A DNA stretch of 64,000 nt from Eubacteriales bacterium (lineage in GTDB: Bacteria > Bacillota > Clostridia > Oscillospirales > CAG-382), in assembly GCA_045600105.1 (NCBI GenBank), contig JAZRXG010000041.1, positions 43,081 to 107,080 of the forward strand, in the 5' to 3' direction. The translations under genes and the position numbers were made by a program. This document shows positions 35,843 through 45,449 of the stretch, in pieces. The stretch's first letter is position 1. Each line of letters begins with the position of its first letter. The notes below the pieces were generated by a model. It saw only the letters and a list, made by a program, of their open reading frames with translations, ran no database searches and was not told the origin of the DNA.

Positions 35843-35851
35843 AATTGGTAC

Positions 35852-35880
35852 TTGAAATATCCGTTATATTGTGATATAAT
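35852..35880 (+). promoter_or_regulatory. Sigma-A type promoter for ireB
   Basis: TTGAAA (35852-35857), 17-nt spacer, TGaTATAAT (TATAAT = 35875-35880). Confidence 0.6.
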
Positions 35881-35914
35881 CAACACATAAAGTAATCTGA
35901 CAGGAGGCAAAAGC

Positions 35915-36169
35915 ATGGAGAACAAGGCAACGAAAACCAGGATGTTCAGCATAAAAGAACAAGAAGAGATCCAGATGCGGCAGACATTGCAGTGCGTTTA
36001 CGACTCCCTCATGGAAAAAGGCTACAATCCCATCGTACAGATCGTGGGCTATATCCTTTCCGAGGATCCGACGTATATCACCAACCACAACAACGCACGT
36101 GCGCTTATCCGCAGGATAGACCGCAACGAGCTTTTGCGTTCCCTTGTGCAGAACTATCTCAAACTGTAA
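35915..36169 (+). CDS. ireB: IreB-family regulatory phosphoprotein (UPF0297)
   Basis: 84 aa. YDSLMEKGYNPIVQIVGYILSEDPTYITNHNNARALIRRIDRNELL closely parallels Bacillus YrzL/IreB. Confidence 0.85.
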   Translation: MENKATKTRMFSIKEQEEIQMRQTLQCVYDSLMEKGYNPIVQIVGYILSEDPTYITNHNNARALIRRIDRNELLRSLVQNYLKL

Positions 36170-36182
36170 GAAAGGGCTAACC

Positions 36183-36470
36183 ATGAGTGAAGAAATCAAG
36201 ACTCTGACCTACAAGGGCAAACCGCTCGTAAGGCAGGGACAATTCGTCTTTTACGGCTCTCCCGAAGATAAAGCCATACTTTTCATGAATATTCTGGAGA
36301 CCAAAAAAAGCGGTGATCTCGACATTGCCACCCGCGTTCTCGTACAGATACAGTCCACCGACGAAAACGTGAGTTTTGCGAACAAGGTCATCAAGCAATG
36401 CGAAAAAAAGAGCTTTTACGATGCCTTTGAAATAGGTATGATATGGCTCGAACGCGAACTCAAGAAATAA
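36183..36470 (+). CDS. Small hypothetical protein (95 aa)
   Basis: I prefer ATG at 36183 (MSEEIKTLTYKGKPL), just after the ireB stop, over the ORF-track start at 36144, which overlaps ireB. No family recognised. Followed by a strong terminator. Confidence 0.5.
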   Translation: MSEEIKTLTYKGKPLVRQGQFVFYGSPEDKAILFMNILETKKSGDLDIATRVLVQIQSTDENVSFANKVIKQCEKKSFYDAFEIGMIWLERELKK

Positions 36471-36474
36471 AAGT

Positions 36475-36507
36475 AAAATGCCACCGTGTCAAAGCGGTGG
36501 CATTTTA
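36475..36507 (+). terminator. Intrinsic terminator
   Basis: ATGCCACCG (36478-36486) / CGGTGGCAT (36495-36503) followed by TTTT. Confidence 0.75.
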
Positions 36508-36524
36508 GAAAGTGTGTTTTTATG

Positions 36525-37346
36525 AAACTTACTTATCTCGGAACCGCCGCGGCGGAAGGATGGCCCGCGGTCTTCTGCCGGTGTGAAAGCTGCACGCGCG
36601 CTCTGAACGCCGGAGGCAGGAACATCCGCACCAGAAGTCAAGCGATAATAAACGACGATTTTCTGATAGACTTTCCCACGGACACCTACGGCCACATGCT
36701 CAAAAACAAGCTCGACCTTTCAAACGTCGAATACGTGTTTTTCACCCACAGTCACGTTGACCACTGCACTCCGATCGATCTTGAAATGAGACGCTCCGTG
36801 CTTGCTCACGGCATGACGAAAAAGCATCTCACACTGTACGGAAGTGAACGCGTAAAAAAGCGCGTATGCGACGTCACGGACGTTTTGGGGAACGACCTTT
36901 ACGACATATCGTTTGAAACCATCGAACACTATAAGACTTATGAATGCGGCAGATACAGAGTGACGCCGCTGAAGGCATTTCACGTCACGCAGGACGATAT
37001 GGTATTCATCGTTGAATCTGAAGGAAAAACGCTGCTCTACCTCCACGACACGGGCCCTCTTTACGACGAAGCTATAGATTACCTTGTAAAAAACAAGGTG
37101 CGCGCCGATCTCGTGAGTTACGACTGCACTTTTGCTTCGCGTCCCGGGGTGGGAGGTCATCTCGGGCTCGACACCGCGACGGCACTTCGCGATAAATTCA
37201 TGTCACTCGGCATCATCGACGAAAAAACCGTGAACGTGCTCAACCACTATTCGCACAACGGTCAGGCTATATACGACGATTTCGTCCCCGCTGCCGCCGA
37301 AAAAGGCTTTATCGTTTCGTACGACGGTATGACGGTCGAAATATAA
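36525..37346 (+). CDS. MBL-fold metallo-hydrolase (PhnP-like)
   Basis: I prefer the Met at 36525 (MKLTYLGTAAAEGWP). The HSHVDH metal motif and later HDTG and H residues are typical of the beta-lactamase fold. Confidence 0.8.
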   Translation, partial: KLTYLGTAAAEGWPAVFCRCESCTRALNAGGRNIRTRSQAIINDDFLIDFPTDTYGHMLKNKLDLSNVEYVFFTHSHVDHCTPIDLEMRRSVLAHGMTKKHLTLYGSERVKKRVCDVTDVLGNDLYDISFETIEHYKTYECGRYRVTPLKAFHVTQDDMVFIVESEGKTLLYLHDTGPLYDEAIDYLVKNKVRADLVSYDCTFASRPGVGGHLGLDTATALRDKFMSLGIIDEKTVNVLNHYSHNGQAIYDDFVPAAAEKGFIVSYDGMTVEI

Positions 37347-37354
37347 AAAGCATA

Positions 37355-37395
37355 AAAAGAAGACGGATATGACATCAAAACATATCCGTCTTTTG
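37355..37395. terminator. Bidirectional intrinsic terminator
   Basis: AGACGGATATG (37361-37371) / CATATCCGTCT (37381-37391) flanked by A and T runs. Lies between the convergent MBL and potD genes. Confidence 0.75.
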
Positions 37396-37411
37396 CTGTT
37401 ATATTGACTTA

Positions 37412-38704
37412 TCAGTCAGCGCTTTCGCGTTTTTTCTTTCTGATCTTAGAGAAAACGAAGAGAGCGATGAGCGCGACTACGATGACCGCGCAGATGATAA
37501 GAAGCGGCGACGTGCCGGATTCCTCGGTGGTGACGATCTTGAGGCTGTTCCAGAGATCGGTCATTTCGGCGAGTGCTTCGTCATCGAGCTTGTGGAAATA
37601 GAAATCGTTTGTATCTTCGCCGGGGAACAGTACGTCGTAGTCGGGGTACATGATCTCCATGGCGTCCGGATGCATATCCGTGAGGAACGCCTGATAATCT
37701 TCGTTTTCGACAACGGCGGTGTTGGGGCAGGTGTAGCATATCGTTTCGGCGATCTCAAGTGCTACGTTGGGATCGAGCAGGAAGTTGATGTAAAGCTCGG
37801 CTGCCGCTTTGTTCTTGGCGGAAGTCGGGATGCAGATGGAGTCAACGAAAAGGTTGAACGGTTCCTTGGGATAAGCGAACGCGAGGTCTTCGTTGTTTTC
37901 ATACATGGTGAAGAAGTCGCCTGCGTAATACGGAGCGACCGCGGCGGAGCCGCCTTCCATCTTGTTGAAAACTTCATCCATAACGTAAGCTTTGACGAAG
38001 GATTTCTGCTTGATGAGAAGCTCCTGCGCCTTTTTGAGTTCGGCTTTGTCGTTGGAGTTGATGCTTATTCCGAGATACGCTTCGGTGATCGCGAAAGCAT
38101 CGCGCTGGTTGCCGAACATAAGGATCTTTCCGTCAAGGTCTTCGTCCCAGAGAATGTCCCAACTGTCGGGCTTGTAGCCTTCGACGCCTTTGAGCTCGTC
38201 TACCATCTTTCGGTTATAGATGATGCCGACGGTGCCGCCGGTGTAAGGAATGCTGTATTCGTTGGTGGGATCGAAATAAAGATCCTTATAGGTATCGGAA
38301 ATATATTTGTAGTTGGGAACGTTTGCAAAATCGATTTTCTGAACGAGGCCTTCCTTGATGAGCTGTTCGACCATGTAGTCGGACGGGATGATAACGTCGT
38401 AGGACGTACCGCCGCTGACCAGTTTGGAATACATATCCTCGTTGCTGGTATAGTTGGTGTAATTCACCTCAATACCGGTAAGACGCGTGAATTCCTTGTT
38501 GACGTCAACTGTTCCCTCTGAACCGTCGGCAATGTATTCGCCCCAGTTATACACGTTTATGCTCATTCCGGCATAAGGTGAATAATCAATGGCCGCGGTT
38601 TCTTCGGTCACTTCGAAATCGGATTCTTCTTCCCCGCAGGAAACAAGAAATGCGGAAAGGATAACGGCTGCCATCAGAACAAAAACAAGGAACTTTTTTT
38701 TCAT
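37412..38704 (-). CDS. potD: Spermidine/putrescine ABC transporter substrate-binding lipoprotein with an extra C-terminal TM segment
   Basis: 430 aa. Lipobox FLVSCGEEE and PotD-like body (NVYNWGEYI..., IPSDYM). The C-terminal PLLIICAVIVVALIALFVFSKIRKKKR is hydrophobic then basic. Confidence 0.85.
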   Translation of the reverse strand: MKKKFLVFVLMAAVILSAFLVSCGEEESDFEVTEETAAIDYSPYAGMSINVYNWGEYIADGSEGTVDVNKEFTRLTGIEVNYTNYTSNEDMYSKLVSGGTSYDVIIPSDYMVEQLIKEGLVQKIDFANVPNYKYISDTYKDLYFDPTNEYSIPYTGGTVGIIYNRKMVDELKGVEGYKPDSWDILWDEDLDGKILMFGNQRDAFAITEAYLGISINSNDKAELKKAQELLIKQKSFVKAYVMDEVFNKMEGGSAAVAPYYAGDFFTMYENNEDLAFAYPKEPFNLFVDSICIPTSAKNKAAAELYINFLLDPNVALEIAETICYTCPNTAVVENEDYQAFLTDMHPDAMEIMYPDYDVLFPGEDTNDFYFHKLDDEALAEMTDLWNSLKIVTTEESGTSPLLIICAVIVVALIALFVFSKIRKKKRESAD

Positions 38705-38732
38705 TTATCTATCTCCCTTACTGTTAAATTTT

Positions 38733-39545
38733 TTATTTTGATTTTTCTGATGCCTTTTTGGAATGTGACTCGTCTTTCGTCATTATGTTCCTTACCAGAA
38801 GGAGCAGGAAAATGACAACGAACACAATTGTGAAAAGCGCGTTGATATCCGGCGTTATCTTTTTCTTCGTCATCGAATAAATGTAGATGGGCAGCGTCTG
38901 GAAGGACTCGCCTGCCGCGAAATAACTGATGACGAAATCGTCAAGCGAAAGAGTGAACGCCATGAGAAGTCCGGTCGCGATGCCGGGCAGTATCTCGAAG
39001 AACTCGACCTTGAAAAACGCCTGAAGAGGCGTGCATCCGAGGTCCATTGCGGCTTCCGGCAGGTTTTTGTCCATCTGCTTCAGCTTGGGCATTACGTTGA
39101 GTATGACGTAAGGCAGGTTGAAGGTTACGTGAGCGATAAGCACCGTCCAGAAACCGAAAATGCCGGCGTGTACGAGTGTCGCGACGAACGCGAAAAGAAG
39201 CATTATCGAAACACCGGTAACGATATCGGGATTCATCATCGGGATATTGGTTATCATCATGACCGCGCTCTTGAGCCGTTTGTTTTTCATATTGAAAATG
39301 CCGACCGCGGCAGCGGTGCCGATGATGGTGGAGATAAGTGCCGAAAGAACGGCGATGATGAGCGAATTGAAGAGAACTTCAAGCGTTTTTTCGCTTTTGA
39401 AAAGCTCGGTGTACCATTTGAAGGAAAATTCCTCAAAAACCGCCGTACTGTTGCTTTTGTTGAACGAAAATACGATTATGATGACTATCGGCGCGTAAAG
39501 TATGAGAAAAATGAGCGCCGTGTAGATCTTGCCCCACGTTTTCAT
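38733..39545 (-). CDS. potC: Spermidine/putrescine ABC transporter permease
   Basis: 270 aa with 6 TM helices and an EAAMDLGCTPLQAFFKV (EAA loop) motif. Confidence 0.9.
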   Translation of the reverse strand: MKTWGKIYTALIFLILYAPIVIIIVFSFNKSNSTAVFEEFSFKWYTELFKSEKTLEVLFNSLIIAVLSALISTIIGTAAAVGIFNMKNKRLKSAVMMITNIPMMNPDIVTGVSIMLLFAFVATLVHAGIFGFWTVLIAHVTFNLPYVILNVMPKLKQMDKNLPEAAMDLGCTPLQAFFKVEFFEILPGIATGLLMAFTLSLDDFVISYFAAGESFQTLPIYIYSMTKKKITPDINALFTIVFVVIFLLLLVRNIMTKDESHSKKASEKSK

Positions 39546-40381
39546 ACGAGCACACCTCCGTCCGCACTTTCATCCGAGAAGTGGTTCATGACCGCGAGAC
39601 AGATGAATATGAGTATCATCAGCACGCAGGAAATGGCAGAGCCGTAGTTGTAAACGCCCGCACTCGACTTGATGGAGCTTTCGATGACGTCGCCGATGAG
39701 GACGAAGTCAGTCGGACCGAGCTGCTGAGAAATATAGAACGTGGAAACGCTCGGAACGAACACCATCGTGATCCCCGAAACGATTCCGGGAAGAGATAAC
39801 GGAAGTATTACCTTGATAAGAGTTCTTATCTTGTTGCAGCCGAGGTCTTCGGACGCTTCGATAAGGCTTTTATCCATTTTGGACATTACCGAATAAATGG
39901 GAAGCAGCATATACGGCAGGAAGTTGTAGATCATGCCGAGTATGACGGCGCCCGAGGTATTTATCAGCTTTACGTTCGAAAGACCGAGAAGGCTCAGCAG
40001 TCTGTTGATGAGTCCCGCGTCTTCAAGCAGGAACGAAAGCGCGTAGGTGCGAAGCACGAAGTTCATCCACATCGGAAGCATGAAAAGCATTATCAGCATA
40101 TTCTGATGCTTTTTCTTTGCTTTTGTGATGAGGTACGCAAGCGGATACGCGATGAAAAGGCATATCGTTGTCGAAACGAGCGCAAACGCAAGCGATATCA
40201 TAAATACCTTTGCCGTATCGCCGTTGAACATTTTGGCAAAATTGTCAAACGTGAAGCTGCCGTCTCTGCCGGTGAAGGCGTAATAAAGTACGAAAAGGAG
40301 AGGCGCAACGACGAAAAGTACCGACCACACTACGTACGGTGAGGAAGAATATTTTTGTATCCACGTTCTCTTGGTCTTCAT
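39542..40381 (-). CDS. potB: Spermidine/putrescine ABC transporter permease
   Basis: 279 aa with an [23 protein letters not shown] loop. Has 4-nt overlaps with both neighbours. Confidence 0.9.
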   Translation of the reverse strand: MKTKRTWIQKYSSSPYVVWSVLFVVAPLLFVLYYAFTGRDGSFTFDNFAKMFNGDTAKVFMISLAFALVSTTICLFIAYPLAYLITKAKKKHQNMLIMLFMLPMWMNFVLRTYALSFLLEDAGLINRLLSLLGLSNVKLINTSGAVILGMIYNFLPYMLLPIYSVMSKMDKSLIEASEDLGCNKIRTLIKVILPLSLPGIVSGITMVFVPSVSTFYISQQLGPTDFVLIGDVIESSIKSSAGVYNYGSAISCVLMILIFICLAVMNHFSDESADGGVLV

Positions 40382-41496
40382 TCTTTTGCCTCAACGTTTT
40401 CGGAAAGCCCGTCAAGCTCATCGCTGTATGAGCTGTAGTCGCCGAATTTTCCGGAATACTCGGATTTTTTCATGATATGGATGTCGTCGGGGCCTATGCT
40501 GAGACCGATCGTACTGCCGACGGGATAATAATCGGTGGTCTGGATCATCCATTTGAAACCGCGGATATCCACGATTATCTCAAAATGGACGCCCTTGAAC
40601 GTGACCGACGTGACGACTCCCTTGAGCATTCCCTGCTCGGCGGGAACGACGTCGATATCCTCGGGACGCACGACGGCGTCAATGGGTTCGTTGGGAGCAA
40701 AGCCCTTGTCGCTGCACTTGAACATCTGACCCGCGAAGGAAACGAGGTAGTCTTCCTTCATTATGCCGTCGAGGATGTTGCTTTCACCGATGAAATCGGC
40801 AACGAAAGCGTTCTTGGGTTCGTTGTAAATATCGAGAGGAGAACCGATCTGCTGAATGTTGCCGTTATCCATTACGACTACGGTGTCGGACATCGAGAGG
40901 GCTTCCTCCTGATCGTGGGTAACGTAAATGAACGTGATACCCATTCTCTGCTGAATGTTTTTGAGTTCGACCTGCATATCCTTGCGGAGCTTGAGGTCGA
41001 GCGCTCCCAGCGGTTCATCGAGAAGCAGCACCTTGGGGTTGACCGCAAGTGCTCTTGCAATGGCAACGCGCTGCTGCTGACCGCCGGAAAGCGAGGTGAT
41101 GTCGCGTTTATTGAATCCGGACAGGTTGACGAGCTTTAGCATCTCGTTTACCGTCTGTTTGATCTCTTTTTCACTTTTCTTCTGTATACGAAGTCCGAAC
41201 GCAACGTTTTCGTAAACGTTAAGATGAGGGAACAACGCATACTTCTGGAAAATGGTGTTTACCTGCCTCTTATACGGAGGTACGTCGTTGATTTTTGTGC
41301 CGTTAAAATAAACATTTCCGCTGTCGGGTGTCAAAAAGCCCGCAATGATCCTGAGCGTTGTGGTCTTGCCGCATCCCGAAGGTCCCAGGAGAGTTACGAA
41401 CTCCTTGTCCTTTATTTCGAGATCGATGCCCTTCAGTATCTGATCGTCATCAAAACGCACGGAAATATTTTCCAGGCGCAAAAGGATATTTTCCAT
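40378..41496 (-). CDS. potA: Spermidine/putrescine ABC transporter ATP-binding protein
   Basis: 372 aa. Walker [10 protein letters not shown], signature LSGGQQQR, Walker B LLLDEP and a C-terminal TOBE-like domain. Confidence 0.95.
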   Translation of the reverse strand: MENILLRLENISVRFDDDQILKGIDLEIKDKEFVTLLGPSGCGKTTTLRIIAGFLTPDSGNVYFNGTKINDVPPYKRQVNTIFQKYALFPHLNVYENVAFGLRIQKKSEKEIKQTVNEMLKLVNLSGFNKRDITSLSGGQQQRVAIARALAVNPKVLLLDEPLGALDLKLRKDMQVELKNIQQRMGITFIYVTHDQEEALSMSDTVVVMDNGNIQQIGSPLDIYNEPKNAFVADFIGESNILDGIMKEDYLVSFAGQMFKCSDKGFAPNEPIDAVVRPEDIDVVPAEQGMLKGVVTSVTFKGVHFEIIVDIRGFKWMIQTTDYYPVGSTIGLSIGPDDIHIMKKSEYSGKFGDYSSYSDELDGLSENVEAKE

Positions 41497-41545
41497 TTAT
41501 CATCCTCCTCTTTTTTCACGTTTTCACCCATTATGGTGATAATCA

Positions 41546-41574
41546 ATAATACATTCTTTGTCGGGGTTTGTCAA
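41546..41574 (-). promoter_or_regulatory. Sigma-A type promoter of potABCD
   Basis: On the minus strand: TTGACA (41574-41569), 17-nt spacer, TATTAT (41551-41546). Confidence 0.55.
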
Positions 41575-41639
41575 TATATATATCAAAAAATGATCAGCAT
41601 TTTTTTGAATATTTTTGCATATGATTCTGCGGTGATCCA

Positions 41640-42350
41640 ATGTCATTTTTCCGATACGCATCAAAGTGTTTTGCCTGCGGTGCGGCAATGTGTTTTCCGG
41701 GGCTCAGCGGGGCAAGTACGGCGTCTCTGCTCGGCGTTTACGGTGACATGCTTGACGTCTCATCGGGCATTATCAGGAATCCCAAAAAGCATTTTCTTCC
41801 GTTCGTCGGGACTGCCGTATCCGTGCTTTTAGGCGTCGCCGCGTTTTGCGCCGTATTCGCGGCACCGGCACGCACGCATCCAAAAGCGTTCCTGCACACC
41901 GGAAGCCTGATAATGGCATTCTCTCTTCCCTTTTTTATCAGAAGATCGCCGCTTTTGCGCCGTCTTCCGTCAAAAGGTACTGCCGCGTGTTTCATATCGG
42001 GCATTCTTCTGCCGCTTACGGAAAAGCTGCTTGAAAAGCAGAACGTTTTCATCGGAAAATCGTCCGATCTCTTTCTGCTTGCACTATGCGGAGTTTTTCT
42101 GTCGATATCCATAATACTTCCCGGAATAAGTTTCACATATATGCTCTCGTTCCTCGGACTTTACGAAAGGCTGATAACCGACGTGGGAAGCGGAAAATTC
42201 GCGGCTGTGATCGCAGTGGGCATGGGCATTTTTCCGGGCTGCGCGGCGTTGTCGTCGGTGCTGTCGCGTTTTATGAAACGGTATCCCGCCGAAAGCGACG
42301 CGTTCATAACGGGGTTTATATTGTCTTCGCTGATAAATTCGTATATTTAA
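41640..42350 (+). CDS. DUF368-family membrane protein
   Basis: 236 aa and polytopic. The N-terminal PGLSGASTASLLGVYGDML and second PGISFTYMLSFLGLYERL repeat resemble the duplicated PGVSGG motif of DUF368. The start codon is uncertain. Confidence 0.65.
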   Translation: MSFFRYASKCFACGAAMCFPGLSGASTASLLGVYGDMLDVSSGIIRNPKKHFLPFVGTAVSVLLGVAAFCAVFAAPARTHPKAFLHTGSLIMAFSLPFFIRRSPLLRRLPSKGTAACFISGILLPLTEKLLEKQNVFIGKSSDLFLLALCGVFLSISIILPGISFTYMLSFLGLYERLITDVGSGKFAAVIAVGMGIFPGCAALSSVLSRFMKRYPAESDAFITGFILSSLINSYI

Positions 42351-42433
42351 TATGAAAATTAACACAAAATTAATCAATTCCGCGTTCACCGATGATATAA
42401 TAAAATGAATAATATATCAAGGAAGTGTTTGAT

Positions 42434-43447
42434 ATGATATCAAAATCTTTGGAGTTTTTTGCGTCCCTCACAGGCCTTAAAGCGGGAGAAGACAGCGTCT
42501 TCGGTATATACGGCGATTTCTTCATCAACGTTACCGAAAAAAAGTCAAAAAAGATCGCCGAATTCTCGTGCTATGTAGGCGATAAGGATGAATACGCGGA
42601 CGATTACCTCGAGCTCAGCGATTCCATAAGAGACGTCGTTGACAGGTTCGGGATAACCGATTATGCAATAGATGAACATTCGATCAAAATAACGTCAAAC
42701 GCGGCGGTAAATGTTTTTACCGAAATGACTGATTTCGTCATAGGGCTTCTCAATGAAAAAGAGATCCCCAACGCGTCTTTCTGCGCCTGCTGCGGCGAGC
42801 AGTTCAAACCGGGCGAAAAGAGACGCATCGTCACCGTATCACGCGGAAGCAGCGTGACGAAATCGCTCGTATGCGAAAAATGCGCGCTCGAAACGGCTGA
42901 AAACGCCCAGAACGCCGAAAAGCCCGACGAATCCACAGTAAACGGAAATTTCAAAAACGGTCTTATCGGTTCCATAATCGCGGGCGTCATATCCGGCGGT
43001 CTTTACATACTTCTCTTCTGGCTCACCCGTACCTGCAGCAGGATCGGCATCTTCAGATTCGCGTCCTGTCTGTTTGCGCTTCTCATCAGCATTTCGGTCT
43101 ATTACGCGTTCAAACTCGCTTCCCGCAAGGTCGGCTCCAAAGGCATGATATGCGTGTCGGTCGTCACTTCCGTTTTCACGCTGCTCGCTCACTTTTTCGG
43201 TTGCGCGCTCGGAGCCGCCGCGTACTTCGGCAAGCGTGACGGGATCCCGTTTTACGCATTCAAAAACGCGTTCGGCGATCTGCTCTCCCTTCAGTTCACC
43301 GACAGCAAATCGCTTATGTTCCTCATTCTCGGCGCGGTCGTCGCTCTTTGTGCCGCGTTCATCGCGATAGTTTTCTTCTGGAGCTCCGTCAGCAAGGAAG
43401 AAAAAGCCACCGAGGAAGCGAAAGTATCCATTCAGACCGTAAAATAA
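42434..43447 (+). CDS. Hypothetical membrane protein with a cytoplasmic CxxC...CxxC zinc-ribbon-like element
   Basis: I prefer ATG at 42434 (AAGGAAG 8 nt upstream). Motifs CACCGEQF...CEKCALE, then about 4 TM helices. No family recognised. Confidence 0.55.
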   Translation: MISKSLEFFASLTGLKAGEDSVFGIYGDFFINVTEKKSKKIAEFSCYVGDKDEYADDYLELSDSIRDVVDRFGITDYAIDEHSIKITSNAAVNVFTEMTDFVIGLLNEKEIPNASFCACCGEQFKPGEKRRIVTVSRGSSVTKSLVCEKCALETAENAQNAEKPDESTVNGNFKNGLIGSIIAGVISGGLYILLFWLTRTCSRIGIFRFASCLFALLISISVYYAFKLASRKVGSKGMICVSVVTSVFTLLAHFFGCALGAAAYFGKRDGIPFYAFKNAFGDLLSLQFTDSKSLMFLILGAVVALCAAFIAIVFFWSSVSKEEKATEEAKVSIQTVK

Positions 43448-43453
43448 ATAATC

Positions 43454-43477
43454 AAACGCAGGCAATGCCTGCGTTTG
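43454..43477 (+). terminator. Putative intrinsic terminator
   Basis: AAACGCAGGC-AAT-GCCTGCGTTT perfect 10-bp hairpin with a short T-run. Confidence 0.5.
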
Positions 43478-43534
43478 TCATTTAAGCCGAATTTAATGAT
43501 TTTATGTTTTAATTTGCTTTGAGGATGTGATGAT

Positions 43535-44224
43535 ATGAATATACTCGTAGTTGACGACGAAAAGCATCTTGCAGACAGTATATGCGAAATACTCAACGCA
43601 AGGCACATAAACGCCGAAGCCGTGTACGACGGGAACGACGGATACGACTACGCTTCGTCGGGAATATACGACGTGATACTTCTTGATATAATGCTGCCGA
43701 AAATGAACGGCTTTGAAGTGCTGAACAAGCTGCGTTCCGACAAAATAACCACACCGATAATCCTGCTCACGGCACGCGATTCGGTAGGTGACAAAGTCAA
43801 GGGACTCGACCTCGGCGCCGACGACTATCTCACGAAACCATTTTCGAACGAAGAACTGCTGGCGCGAATACGCGCCGTTTCACGCAGAAAAGGCGAAGTG
43901 GTGCTGAACGAGCTTGAATACGGCGACATCTCGCTCGGCATCGACAGTTTTCTTCTCAAATGCGGCGAGCTTTCCGTTCGTCTCGGATACAAGGAATTCG
44001 AAATAATGAAGCTTCTCCTCACGAACCCTGACGTCATCATCGGCAAAGAAGAACTCATCACCAAGGTCTGGGGCTATCTTTCCGACGCCGAAGACAACAA
44101 CGTTGAGGTGTATATTTCCTTTTTACGCAAAAAGCTCGCGTTTCTCAAGGCAAAGGTGAACATCGCGACGGTACGCAAGCTCGGTTATCATCTGGAGGTA
44201 CAGTCTGATGATAAAAAAGCTTAA
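43535..44224 (+). CDS. OmpR/PhoB-family response regulator
   Basis: 229 aa. Receiver domain (ILVVDDE, LLDIMLP, phospho-acceptor Asp context) plus a winged-helix C-terminus (VEVYISFLRKKL...TVRKLGY). Confidence 0.92.
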   Translation: MNILVVDDEKHLADSICEILNARHINAEAVYDGNDGYDYASSGIYDVILLDIMLPKMNGFEVLNKLRSDKITTPIILLTARDSVGDKVKGLDLGADDYLTKPFSNEELLARIRAVSRRKGEVVLNELEYGDISLGIDSFLLKCGELSVRLGYKEFEIMKLLLTNPDVIIGKEELITKVWGYLSDAEDNNVEVYISFLRKKLAFLKAKVNIATVRKLGYHLEVQSDDKKA

Positions 44225-45449
44225 GATAAAGTTCATCGTTACGATAATGATGATCGTCTTCGTCCTTCTTTCGGCGATGCTTTCGTTCGTTTACATAAGC
44301 ACGAAGCATACGCTGGAAAATGAAAGCGACGAGGCGCTCGAATGGTATCTTTCTCAGGATCCGTCGATGGTTTTCAACGACAGATTCGACACTTTTTTCT
44401 CGGGAAAGCAGAAATTTTCTCACTACAGTGTCTTCATATTCGACTATAACTATCTGCTCCGCACGGTGACGCCGTACGGATTTGAAAACGAGATAACCGA
44501 AGACGAAAAAGAATACATATTTTCACTTATGAACACCGTGCTCGAGCGAAAAGCGTACTCGGGTATACTCAGGGACCGTGAGCTCAAATACCTCGCTTCC
44601 GATCTGAGGAACGGCGTGAGGATCGCTTTTCTCGATACGAGATACGAAGATCAGACGCTTTCAAAGCTTTTCTGGCTGCTGCTGCTTATCGGCATCGCGG
44701 GGCTGATCTGCTTTTTCTTCATAACTCTGCTGATAGCGGCAAAAGCGGTCAGACCTCTCGAAAAGTCGTGGAAGCAGCAAAAGCAGCTCATTGCCGACGT
44801 ATCGCACGAGCTCAAGACACCGCTCGCCGTCATTTCGGCGAACACGTCTATCATTGAATCGCACCATGACAGCACCGTTTCGGAAGAAAGCAAATGGATA
44901 GGTTTCATCAAGGACGAAACCGACAAAATGAACGAGCTCATCGCCGGGCTTCTTTACCTTGCGAAAAGCGACGAGACGCAGTCCGAGATCGAAAAAGAAA
45001 ACTTTGATCTGAGCAGCGTGATAATGGCGTCTCTGCTTCCGTTTGAAAGCGTATGCTTTGAAAAAGGGTTGATGCTTGAATACGATATCCGGCCCGACGT
45101 ACCGTTCTGCGGAAACAAGGAACTTATCTCGCGCCTCGTTTCGATCCTCACCGACAACGCGTGCAAATATTCGCACCCTGCCACTCAAATCACGGTAGAC
45201 CTTCACACCGCTGCCGATAAAGTGATATTCTCGGTAAACAGCAAGGGCGATCTTCTTTCTCCCGAAACTCTCAAGCATATATTTGAAAGATTCTACCGTT
45301 CCGATCCTTCCCGTGCTTCATCGGGGGCGAGCTTCGGGCTCGGACTTTCGATCGCGAAGACCATCGTCGAATCGCATGACGGAAAGATCAACGCGTACAG
45401 CGACGTCGAAAACGGCAACACGTTTGTCTGCGTCTTCAAAAAGTCATAG
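44208..45449 (+). CDS. Sensor histidine kinase (HisKA/HATPase_c)
   Basis: 413 aa with two TM segments. H-box ADVSHELKTPL, N-box DNACKYS and G-box GLGLSIAK. Overlaps the regulator gene by 17 nt. Confidence 0.9.
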   Translation: MIKKLKIKFIVTIMMIVFVLLSAMLSFVYISTKHTLENESDEALEWYLSQDPSMVFNDRFDTFFSGKQKFSHYSVFIFDYNYLLRTVTPYGFENEITEDEKEYIFSLMNTVLERKAYSGILRDRELKYLASDLRNGVRIAFLDTRYEDQTLSKLFWLLLLIGIAGLICFFFITLLIAAKAVRPLEKSWKQQKQLIADVSHELKTPLAVISANTSIIESHHDSTVSEESKWIGFIKDETDKMNELIAGLLYLAKSDETQSEIEKENFDLSSVIMASLLPFESVCFEKGLMLEYDIRPDVPFCGNKELISRLVSILTDNACKYSHPATQITVDLHTAADKVIFSVNSKGDLLSPETLKHIFERFYRSDPSRASSGASFGLGLSIAKTIVESHDGKINAYSDVENGNTFVCVFKKS

